Source: Bryobacteraceae bacterium
Lineage (GTDB): Bacteria; Acidobacteriota; Terriglobia; Bryobacterales; Bryobacteraceae
NCBI GenBank assembly: GCA_052148835.1
Contig: JBKQHJ010000244.1
Span: forward strand, 9,465-73,464
Direction of reading: 5' to 3'
DNA length: 64,000 nt
The notes under the pieces are model-generated. The model worked only from the letters and a program-made list of their open reading frames with translations. It was not told where the DNA came from and searched no databases. Position 1 is the stretch's first letter. Every line of letters begins with the position of its first letter. The translations under genes were made by a program, and so were the position numbers. Positions 28,525 through 38,152 of this stretch are shown piece by piece.

Positions 28525-28574
28525 GGTGTGGCGCGCGCACTCCTGCGTGCCGCGTTCACACTCGTGTGAACGCC
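28525..28574. repeat. intergenic GC-rich element with a 9-bp stem hairpin (GCGTTCACA-CTCG-TGTGAACGC), acidobacterial REP-like
   Basis: The hairpin spans 28552..28573, read directly. The upstream part GGCGCGCGCACTCCTGCGTGCCGC resembles a repeat family I recall from Acidobacteria genomes. No U-tract follows on either strand. Confidence 0.45.
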
Positions 28575-28586
28575 TAAAATGAGTTC

Positions 28587-29447
28587 TTGGAACCCGTCTC
28601 CCACTACTACTACTCCGATCGCCTGAAATTGCAATTCTGGGACTGGGGGCAAGACACCCTGCCACCGCTGCTTTTGGTGCATGGCGGCCTGGATCACGCC
28701 CGCAACTGGGATTGGGTGGCGCGCTCTCTGCGCGAGCATTTTCACGTCTACGCGATGGATCTGCGCGGGCACGGCAACAGCGCCTGGGCGCCCGGGGCCA
28801 TGTACAGCATCGCCGAATATGTTCTCGACCTCGCCACCCTGGTGGATGTGCTCGGCGGTGGTCCGGTGCATTTGATCGGGCACTCCCTCGGTGGCATCCT
28901 CACCCTGCTCTACGCCGGGCTGTATCCCGATCGCGTCCGCAGTCTCATCGCCATCGAAGGCCTGGGACTCCCCGCCTCGCACCGCGTTCACAATCCCGCC
29001 CCCGAACGCATGCGCGCCTGGATCGCGAACGTGCGAAAACTGGAACAACGCGAGCCCCATCATTATCCGAACCTGGAAGCCGCTGCGGCGCGAATGAAGG
29101 AGGCGAATCCGCATCTGTCCGAAGAGGTGGCGCGTCACCTCACCGTGCATGGAACCAACTGGAACGCCGATGGCTCACTGACCTGGAAGTTCGATAACTA
29201 CGTGCGTTGCCTCCCGCCCTACGGGCACAACATCGGCGACCAACTCGCAGTCTACGCCGAAATCGCTTGTCCAGTTCTGTTGGTGTGGGGCCGCGAAAGC
29301 TGGATGCCCGATCCCGACACCGAAGATCGCGGCTCGGTCATTCGCAATCGGCAAGTGTTGAAGGTGGATGGCGCCGGTCACTGGGTGCATCACGATCGGC
29401 TGGACATTTTCCTGGAAGAATCCAAGCGCTTCCTATTGGCTCCCTAA
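28587..29447 (+). CDS. alpha/beta-fold hydrolase
   Basis: HGGLDHARNW oxyanion region, nucleophile elbow GHSLGG and a C-terminal GAGHWVHHD. TTG start. Confidence 0.8.
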   Translation: MEPVSHYYYSDRLKLQFWDWGQDTLPPLLLVHGGLDHARNWDWVARSLREHFHVYAMDLRGHGNSAWAPGAMYSIAEYVLDLATLVDVLGGGPVHLIGHSLGGILTLLYAGLYPDRVRSLIAIEGLGLPASHRVHNPAPERMRAWIANVRKLEQREPHHYPNLEAAAARMKEANPHLSEEVARHLTVHGTNWNADGSLTWKFDNYVRCLPPYGHNIGDQLAVYAEIACPVLLVWGRESWMPDPDTEDRGSVIRNRQVLKVDGAGHWVHHDRLDIFLEESKRFLLAP

Positions 29448-29468
29448 TCGTGTGTCACCATAAAATCA

Positions 29469-30413
29469 ATGCGGCTGGCTGCGCTCTATTTCGTCGCCGG
29501 CGTTCTCCTCGCGCAGACCGACCCCGCGCCGCGCGAACAAGCCTGGACCGCGCATTCGATACTGGAGCAGCGTCTTACTTCCCGTATCCCCGATCTGGTG
29601 CGCATCCTCGAATCGCCTGATTCATCGAGCGATGCCGACGCCGCCAAGTTCGCTGTTCTCGACGCTCTCATTCAACTGGACGCCCAAGTTCCTCTCGCCG
29701 ATCTGGAACCGCTGATCGATCGCTTCCCCACCGACGTCTTCATCCTCGCCTCCCGATCCGCGGAAGACGCGACCCCGCTGCTCTTGAAGCTCCTCGATCG
29801 CCCGCACAACCGCGAAGCTTTCATTGCCATCGGTAATCTGCTGACCCCCAAGCGCGTCCCCGGCTTTGCGAAGACGGCCATGAAGGAGTTCTGCCAACAC
29901 GCGACGCTCTATGTCGTCAATCCCGATCGGCCGCGCAATACAGGAGGCGCTTGGTCGGGCGACTCATACAGAATGACCGATCCGCAGCGCGATGGCTGGC
30001 CCGAAACCGGTTCTTATCGATTTGGCCCAGGCTCATTCATTCGCACCGTCGATCGAAGCTATATCGATCATGGCTTCGATTTTTCGAACGAGAACAGCCA
30101 CGACAATTCGTGCATTACTGCCGCGGAATTCCTGGCAACATATCTGGACACCTCGCCACCGCGATTGCCCATCCTCGCCACGGAAGCGCCCGACGTTACC
30201 TTTACCGGCGAGCAGGCCTTTGAGACCTCCGTGCGCGCTTTCATCGCCGAGCAGCGCCAGCGCTATGCGATCCTGGCCTCGCAACTCGCCGCTCACGGTT
30301 ACCTGACCTTGGACGAAGCGTCCCAACTCCGGCTTACTTTGTGGATCTCCGTGTCCGAAGCACGCCAGCACGATCGCACGGCCCTCCCCGATGTCACCGC
30401 TTGGGCAAAATAA
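29469..30413 (+). CDS. hypothetical exported protein
   Basis: 314-aa ORF with signal-like N-terminus MRLAALYFVAGVLLAQ. No family recognised. Confidence 0.5.
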   Translation: MRLAALYFVAGVLLAQTDPAPREQAWTAHSILEQRLTSRIPDLVRILESPDSSSDADAAKFAVLDALIQLDAQVPLADLEPLIDRFPTDVFILASRSAEDATPLLLKLLDRPHNREAFIAIGNLLTPKRVPGFAKTAMKEFCQHATLYVVNPDRPRNTGGAWSGDSYRMTDPQRDGWPETGSYRFGPGSFIRTVDRSYIDHGFDFSNENSHDNSCITAAEFLATYLDTSPPRLPILATEAPDVTFTGEQAFETSVRAFIAEQRQRYAILASQLAAHGYLTLDEASQLRLTLWISVSEARQHDRTALPDVTAWAK

Positions 30414-30469
30414 CTGCAGGTAACAATATCGCCCTCATGTGCTTCAATAATACGGATAGGAGTGTCTGC

Positions 30470-30961
30470 ATGCGAAAATTGCCGCTCTTCACGGCTCTGT
30501 TGGCGTTCACCGCGTTCATCGCCGCTTTTCCCGCGATGGCCGACTTCCAGGCTGGCCTCGACGCTTATCAAAAGGGCGACTACGTCGGAGCCGCCAAGGA
30601 GTGGCGTCCGCTGGCCGAACAGGGCAGCGCCGAAGCGCAATACAACATGGGCCTCCTTTACTTGGACGGCCATGGCGTTCCGCAAAGCACCGCCGAAGCC
30701 GCCAATTGGTTCCGGCGAGCGGCTGAGCAGGACTACACGCAGGCCCAGCACAATTTGGGCGCCATGTACGGCTCCGGACAAGGCGTCAAGCGCGATTACA
30801 TCCAGGCGTACAAGTGGCTCAACCTTTGCGCCGCCAAGGGCAACGCCGGATGCGTGACGCAGCGCGACCTGATCGCCAAGAAGCTGAAGCCTGCCCAAGT
30901 CACCGAGGCCCAGCGCCTCGCCACCGACTTCAAACCCCAGAAGGAATCCGAAAAGCAGTAG
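30470..30961 (+). CDS. exported Sel1-repeat (TPR-like) protein
   Basis: The start was set at ATG 30470 ([32 protein letters not shown] upstream). Three Sel1-like repeats ([36 protein letters not shown]). Confidence 0.8.
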   Translation: MRKLPLFTALLAFTAFIAAFPAMADFQAGLDAYQKGDYVGAAKEWRPLAEQGSAEAQYNMGLLYLDGHGVPQSTAEAANWFRRAAEQDYTQAQHNLGAMYGSGQGVKRDYIQAYKWLNLCAAKGNAGCVTQRDLIAKKLKPAQVTEAQRLATDFKPQKESEKQ

Positions 30962-30974
30962 CTGCCTGCTCCCG

Positions 30975-31009
30975 CCAACAGCGAACAGCCAACAGCCAAT
31001 TCGCAACCC
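30975..31009. repeat. heptanucleotide repeat tract (CCAACAG CGAACAG CCAACAG CCAATTC GCAACCC), intergenic upstream of uvrB
   Basis: Read directly. Same CCAAYNN 7-nt register as the imuB and dnaE2 tracts. Confidence 0.75.
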
Positions 31010-31046
31010 GGGCGTCGCACCCCCCTTCACCGTTTATCCTATAGTC

Positions 31047-33065
<2,019 letters not shown>

Positions 33066-33797
33066 CCTCACCGACTCTCCTCTCACGCGCTTCTGGTTTC
33101 TTCCCGAGCGCCTGGGTCCCGTGAAGTCGGCCACTTATCGCGTAGCCAGCCGCATTGCCAATATGCTGCAGGCCGGCCGTCCTGTTAAGGATTACGCGGA
33201 ATTTGACGATTGCGACCTCATTCTGGTTTGCGTGCCGGAGGAAGCCATTTCGCAAGTGGTCTCTGAAATGGTATCCAGCGAAATCTCCTGGCCAGGAAAA
33301 GCCGTGGTTCTGTGCAGCACTTGGTTGGACAGCGGTGAGCTCCAAAGGCTTGCCGCGCTCGGAGCCTCCATCGGATCCATCGGCCCCATCCCCGGCTTTG
33401 ACGACGAACGCTATCTGGTGGAAGGCGATCCCATCGCCATTCGCCATTCCAGAAGCCTGGTGGAGTATCGCGAGCGCCGCGTGGTGGCCATCGAGCGGCC
33501 TCTCAAGCCGTTTTACCTGGCCGCGCTCACCTGCACCGGCAGCTTGTTGTTTGCCTTGCTCCAGGTGGCTTCTGAAACGCTGCATCGCGCCCGTATCCCG
33601 CCGCCTCTCTCGGCCACAGTGCTGGAACGGCAACTCACGCGCACCCTTCGCTCCTTCCTGAAAGGCGGCCGTCGGGCCTATCCGGAACCGCGCGAACTCC
33701 CGAAACAATTGCGGTCGCTCTCCAGCGTGAACTCGGAACTGGCATACTATCTTGAACAGAGCACCCGTCTCGCTGCCCAGCTCATGTCGAAGCGCTA

Positions 33798-35258
33798 ATG
33801 CCGCGAACTCCAAATCCCCAACCCCCAATCCCGGCGAGCGAACGTGAGCCCTCAAGCCAATTTCGCACGAGCGCCAGCGAGCGCCTTCCTGCCCGCATCG
33901 GAGTCGCGCTCTCCAACTGGAGTGAGCGCTGGTTCCCCGATCCTCTGGTCTTCGCCCTCACCGGCATCGTCGCTGTTTTTCTGATCGGAGTCGCCGCTGG
34001 CGAAAAGCCCGCCGACTTGGCCCTCCAGGGCGGCAAAGGCTTTTGGTCGCTCATTCCGTTCACGATGCAAATGGTGATGATCATCATTGGCGGCTATGTG
34101 GTCGCCTCCACCCCGCTCGTACAGCGCGTCATGCAAAAGCTCGGCGATATTCCTAAAAGCCCGCGGCAGGCTATCGCTTTGATCGCAATTTTCTCCGAGC
34201 TGACCGCGCTGCTTTCCTGGGGCATGAGCCCGATCATCAGCGGTCTGCTGGCTCGTCAACTCACGCAACGCATCCAAGGCCTGGATTATCGCGCTGCCGG
34301 CGCGGCCGCTTACGTCGGCGGAGCCACCGTGTGGGCTCTCGGCCTCTCCTCCTCGGCAGCCATGTTGATGGCCACCAAAAGCGCGATCCCGCCCAAGCTG
34401 CTCGCCATCAGCGGACTGATTCCGCTCACCAGCACCATCTTCCTTTGGCCCAGCTTGTTGATGACGGCCGTGCTCATCGTGACCGGCGTGTCGGTCGCGT
34501 ATCTATCCACGCCGTCGGCAGCGCAAGCTCGAACCGCGGAATCTTATGGACTCCGGTGGGAGCCGTTCCAGCTCGATCTCGAGCCTAGAACCAAGCCCGG
34601 CGAATGGCTCGAATACAGCCCGCTCCTGACCATACTGGTCGCGGCGCTGCTCTGCGTGTACCTGGTGGATGTCTTCCGCAGCTCGCCGCAAGGCGCGCTT
34701 GCGGCGCTCGATCTGAATACCTTCAATCTGATCTTTCTCACCGCCGGCCTGCTGCTGCAGTGGCGTCCCAAGCGCTTCCTGCGCGCAGTGGTGGAATGCG
34801 TTCCCAGCACCGCCGGCGTCATCATCCAGTTTCCTTTGTACGCGATGATCTTCGGCATGATCGTCGGCACCGGACTCTCCGACAAAGCCGCCCGCCTTCT
34901 GACGTCCATCAGCACGCACGATACTTTCGCCTTGCTCGTCGCGCTCTATTCCGCCGCGCTCGGCGTCTTCATTCCTTCCGGCGGCAGCAAGTGGATCATC
35001 GAGGCGCCCTATGTTCTGCAAGCCGCCATCGACCATCACGTGAACCTCGGTTGGGTGGTGCAGATCTATAACTCAGCCGAAGCGCTGCCCAATCTGATCA
35101 ACCCGTTCTTCATGCTCCCGCTGCTCGGCATCCTGCGCCTCCGCGCCCGCGACCTCGTCGGCTACGGCTTGCTCCAACTCATCGTGCAGGCCCCGATCGT
35201 CTTTTTCCTGTGCTGGCTCTTCGCCCGGCATTTACCGTTCGTGCCGCCGATGAGGTAG
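33798..35258 (+). CDS. short-chain fatty acid transporter (AtoE family)
   Basis: The WFPDPLVFAL..., GFWSLIPFTMQMVMIIIGGYVVA and DYRAAGAAAYVGG blocks match my recollection of AtoE/TIGR00366. The first 18 codons are covered by a CCAA-heptamer repeat element. Confidence 0.8.
   Translation: MPRTPNPQPPIPASEREPSSQFRTSASERLPARIGVALSNWSERWFPDPLVFALTGIVAVFLIGVAAGEKPADLALQGGKGFWSLIPFTMQMVMIIIGGYVVASTPLVQRVMQKLGDIPKSPRQAIALIAIFSELTALLSWGMSPIISGLLARQLTQRIQGLDYRAAGAAAYVGGATVWALGLSSSAAMLMATKSAIPPKLLAISGLIPLTSTIFLWPSLLMTAVLIVTGVSVAYLSTPSAAQARTAESYGLRWEPFQLDLEPRTKPGEWLEYSPLLTILVAALLCVYLVDVFRSSPQGALAALDLNTFNLIFLTAGLLLQWRPKRFLRAVVECVPSTAGVIIQFPLYAMIFGMIVGTGLSDKAARLLTSISTHDTFALLVALYSAALGVFIPSGGSKWIIEAPYVLQAAIDHHVNLGWVVQIYNSAEALPNLINPFFMLPLLGILRLRARDLVGYGLLQLIVQAPIVFFLCWLFARHLPFVPPMR
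33810..33851. repeat. compound repeat: CCAA-heptamer-like units + GCGAGCGAACGTGAGCC tail, at the 5' end of the SCFA transporter ORF
   Basis: Shares CCAACCCCCAATC and GCGAGCGAAYGYGAGC with 36152..36197. Confidence 0.7.
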
Positions 35259-35404
35259 TACAACGATGAACAAAACCAATTTGGCTGCTTCTTCTGCTCT
35301 TCATCGGTTCAGTGACAGTCAAAACACAACCGACAGATCGTTTCCGCGTCCGATGTGAACGCCCGCAAGCTGCCCAACCCGTTGAACTGATCGCTGGCCT
35401 CTTT

Positions 35405-35442
35405 TTGACTTAGTTCACACCTTAGTTCAATAATGAACTATG
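35405..35442 (+). promoter_or_regulatory. Phd/VapC promoter-operator: TTGACT-17 nt-CAATAA(T) with CTTAGTTCA direct repeats and a TAGTTCA-ATAA-TGAACTA palindrome over the start codon
   Basis: CTTAGTTCA occurs at 35409..35417 and 35421..35429. The perfect 7-bp inverted repeat spans 35423..35429 and 35434..35440. The ATG is at 35440, implying a leaderless or near-leaderless mRNA. Confidence 0.55.
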
Positions 35443-35682
35443 ATCCGGCTGAATGTGCACCAAGCCAAAACCCATCTTTCGAAATACCTGGATCGGCTGT
35501 CGGAAGGAGAAACTATCCTCCTGTGCAAACGAAATACGCCGATAGCTGAAATTCGCCCTGTAGCCCAGGCGAGAAAAACGAAGCGCCCGATCGGCCTCGC
35601 AAAGAACAAGGTCAAAATCACCAAGTCATTCTTCAAGCCATTGCCGGACGAACTGCTCGATGCCTTTGAAGGCAAGCCGTGA
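35440..35682 (+). CDS. type II antitoxin, Phd/YefM family
   Basis: 80 aa. MIRLNVHQAKTHLSKYLDRLSEGETILLCKRNTPIAEIRP is typical Phd/YefM. It overlaps the toxin start by 4 nt (GTGA). Confidence 0.8.
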   Translation: MIRLNVHQAKTHLSKYLDRLSEGETILLCKRNTPIAEIRPVAQARKTKRPIGLAKNKVKITKSFFKPLPDELLDAFEGKP

Positions 35683-36065
35683 AACTGCTCCTCGACACCT
35701 GCACGTTTCTCTGGATCGTCACCGGTTCCTCACGGCTCTCGAAACCAGCGGCACAATGGTTCAGCGATCCTGCCAATGAAGTGTTCTTGAGCGCTGTCTC
35801 CACATGGGAGATCGCTGTCAAGTATTCGCTAGGCACGCTTCGGTTGCCGGCGCCGCCCATCGACTTCATTCCATCGCAACGAGAGGCTCACGGAATCGCG
35901 GCTCTTCCGTTGACGGAGGAAGAAGTTCTATACCTGCCCAAAATCCCCAGGCTTCACCGTGATCCTTTTGACAGGATGTTGATCTGCCAAGCCGTAGTGA
36001 ACGGTTGTGCCGTGCTGACGCCGGATGAGCTAGTTTCGCAGTATCCGATTCGAACTCTCTGGTAG
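35679..36065 (+). CDS. vapC: type II toxin, PIN-domain VapC family
   Basis: 128 aa. N-terminal LLLDTCTFLW (first acidic PIN residue), SAVSTWEI and DPFDRMLICQA motifs. Confidence 0.85.
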   Translation: MKLLLDTCTFLWIVTGSSRLSKPAAQWFSDPANEVFLSAVSTWEIAVKYSLGTLRLPAPPIDFIPSQREAHGIAALPLTEEEVLYLPKIPRLHRDPFDRMLICQAVVNGCAVLTPDELVSQYPIRTLW

Positions 36066-36151
36066 GTGACGTTCGATCAGTCTCTTTCGGCAATTTAGCA
36101 CGGCTATCATAAAGTTCCAGCGCTACAATCTTTAACGTCAAAGCCTGGCCG

Positions 36152-36197
36152 CCAACCCCCAATCGCCAACCCCGCGCGAGCGAATGCGAGCGCCCCC
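36152..36197. repeat. compound repeat: CCAACCC CCAATCG CCAACCC + GCGAGCGAATGCGAGCGCC tail, upstream of imuA
   Basis: Same element as 33810..33851 but with one extra 7-nt unit. Confidence 0.7.
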
Positions 36198-36203
36198 GTA
36201 CTC

Positions 36204-36232
36204 TTGACAACCCCATCCTTTCCGACCAAAAT
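36204..36232 (+). promoter_or_regulatory. candidate sigma-70-type promoter upstream of imuA (TTGACA-17 nt-CAAAAT)
   Basis: TTGACA at 36204..36209 and CAAAAT at 36227..36232. This would start transcription at or near the ATG at 36237. Confidence 0.3.
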
Positions 36233-36236
36233 ATGA

Positions 36237-36932
36237 ATGGCGAAGAAAAGGCGAAATTGCATGAACCCAAACGCCGCTCGCGTCACTACGCTCGGACTCC
36301 GCCCGGACACCCAACCCCGGGAATGCCTCCCTACCGGCCTCGACGCGCTCGATGCCCTCCTCACCCAGGGTCAAACTCAGGGCTTCCCGCGCGGCGCCAT
36401 CTCGGAAATCCTCGGCCCCGAAAGCTCCGGCCGCACCACGCTCGTCCATTCGCTGCTCGCCGCCTCCACCGCCCAGCAGGAAATCTGCGCCTACGTCGAC
36501 ACCGACGATTCCTTCGACCCCGTATCGGCCGCCGCAGCCGGCGTCGCTCTTTCGCAGCTCGTCTGGATCCGTTGCGGCCACAACGCCGGTCACGCGCTCA
36601 AAGCCACCGATTCCCTGCTCCACGCGGGCGGATTCGGCGTCATCGTCCTCGACCTCTGCCAGGTCCCCGCGCGCGTCTGGAACCGCATCCCGATCTCGTA
36701 TTGGTATCGCTTCCGCCGCGCCATCGAAAACACCCCGACCATCCTCACGCTCATCGAACAGCACCCCATCGCCAAATCCTGCGCGACATTGATACTCGAC
36801 CTCGATCGCGCGAAAACCGTCTGGACCGGCGCGCCCGGCTTCTCGCTCCTCCGTGAAGTCGAAATCGAAGCCGCATCTCGCAAACCCGTGCGAGCGGCAT
36901 CGGCACAAATTAAAGCAAGGGCGCTCGGATGA
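36237..36932 (+). CDS. imuA: ImuA (RecA/SulA-like translesion-synthesis accessory protein)
   Basis: LPTGLDALDALL...GFPRGAISEILGPESSGRTTL...YVDTDDSFDP...LVWIRC...GGFGVIVLDL matches the ImuA pattern. It is the first gene of the imuA-imuB-dnaE2 order. The start may instead be the in-frame ATG at 36261. Confidence 0.78.
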   Translation: MAKKRRNCMNPNAARVTTLGLRPDTQPRECLPTGLDALDALLTQGQTQGFPRGAISEILGPESSGRTTLVHSLLAASTAQQEICAYVDTDDSFDPVSAAAAGVALSQLVWIRCGHNAGHALKATDSLLHAGGFGVIVLDLCQVPARVWNRIPISYWYRFRRAIENTPTILTLIEQHPIAKSCATLILDLDRAKTVWTGAPGFSLLREVEIEAASRKPVRAASAQIKARALG

Positions 36933-38152
36933 CCATGTTCGCCTGCATTCACGGCCCTTCGAGCGGCCTGCCTGAAATCGCTGCCGCCTTTTCGCCATCA
37001 TTCGAACAAGCCGCGCCAGACGCCGTCCTCTTCCGCATCGATGGACTCCAGCGTCTCCACGGCTCACCGCGCCAGATCGCCCAAGCCATCTCACAGCGTG
37101 CGGGCGCTAGCATCAACGTTGCCGTCGCCGAAACCGCCGATGCCGCCCTTCTCGCCGCGCGCAATTTCCCCGGCGTAACCGTAGCGCCCGATCTCAACAA
37201 TCTCGACATCTCCGCGCTCCCGCTCACCGAAGAGATGTCGCAAGTCTTCGAAAGCTGGGGCATCTACACGCTCGAACAACTCGCCGAGTTGCCTGAAAAC
37301 GGCCTCGCCGAACGCTTCGGACCGCATGGCGTTTACCTCCAGCAACTCGCTCGCGGCGCCATCCATCGTCCGCTCAAAATCTTTCAGCCCGAGACCACCT
37401 ACCAAGACCGCATCGAGCTGGATCACCCCATCAGCCTGCTCGAGCCGCTTCTATTTCTAATCGCTCGTCTGCTCAACGATCAATGCTCGCGCCTACTCTC
37501 AAACGCCATGGCCGCTAACGAAGTGACCGTCCGCCTCGAACTCGAAGACCATCCAGAACACGTTCGGACCCTCCATCTCCCCGTCCCCATGCGCGAAAGC
37601 AAGGCTCTGTTGAAGCTTCTGCAAATGGATCTCGAAGCGCATCCGCCATCGGCGCCCACCATCGCGCTTGCGGTCTCGCTCAAACCCGCGCATCCGCGCA
37701 CCGTCCAAACCGGAATATTTCTGCCTGTCACGCCCGCGCCCGACAAACTCGAACTGACGCTCGCCCGCATCCGAGGCATCGTCGGCGAGCACAACGTTGG
37801 CATTCCCCAACTCCGGGACACGCATCACCCCCAACCTTTCCGACTGGTCGCAGCGCAGCCACATATTGCCAATAGCCAAAAGCCAATAGCTAATAGCCAA
37901 TCGTTCCGCCATTTCAATCCGCCACTCCATGCAAAGATCGATCTCATCCACAACCGCCCTGTGCGCCTCTCCGCGCCTGGCATTCAAGGAAAGGTCCTCA
38001 ACGCCGCCGGGCCTTGGCGAACTTCGGGCGATTGGTGGACATCCACCGCATGGAATCGCGACGAATGGGACATCGCGCTCAGCGATGGTGCGCTCTATCG
38101 CATCTACTGCGAGCCATCGCAACACTGGTTCATCGAAGGCAGTTATGACTAG
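36929..38152 (+). CDS. imuB: ImuB (catalytically inactive Y-family polymerase-like protein)
   Basis: 407 aa with a Y-family-like N-terminal half. Sits between imuA and dnaE2, and both junctions overlap. Confidence 0.82.
   Translation: MTMFACIHGPSSGLPEIAAAFSPSFEQAAPDAVLFRIDGLQRLHGSPRQIAQAISQRAGASINVAVAETADAALLAARNFPGVTVAPDLNNLDISALPLTEEMSQVFESWGIYTLEQLAELPENGLAERFGPHGVYLQQLARGAIHRPLKIFQPETTYQDRIELDHPISLLEPLLFLIARLLNDQCSRLLSNAMAANEVTVRLELEDHPEHVRTLHLPVPMRESKALLKLLQMDLEAHPPSAPTIALAVSLKPAHPRTVQTGIFLPVTPAPDKLELTLARIRGIVGEHNVGIPQLRDTHHPQPFRLVAAQPHIANSQKPIANSQSFRHFNPPLHAKIDLIHNRPVRLSAPGIQGKVLNAAGPWRTSGDWWTSTAWNRDEWDIALSDGALYRIYCEPSQHWFIEGSYD
37869..37903. repeat. heptanucleotide tandem repeat (CCAATAG CCAAAAG CCAATAG CTAATAG CCAATCG) inside imuB
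   Basis: Five 7-nt units read directly. Translated in frame as IANSQKPIANSQS. Confidence 0.85.

Noticed and set aside
36066-36236. LexA/SOS box upstream of imuA.
   Set aside because: Neither of the two GTTC tetramers (36071 and 36114) is followed by a second GTTC at N7 spacing. No CTGT-N8-ACAG or GAAC-N4-GTTC was found either. It is reported as an absence in a finding rather than as a feature.
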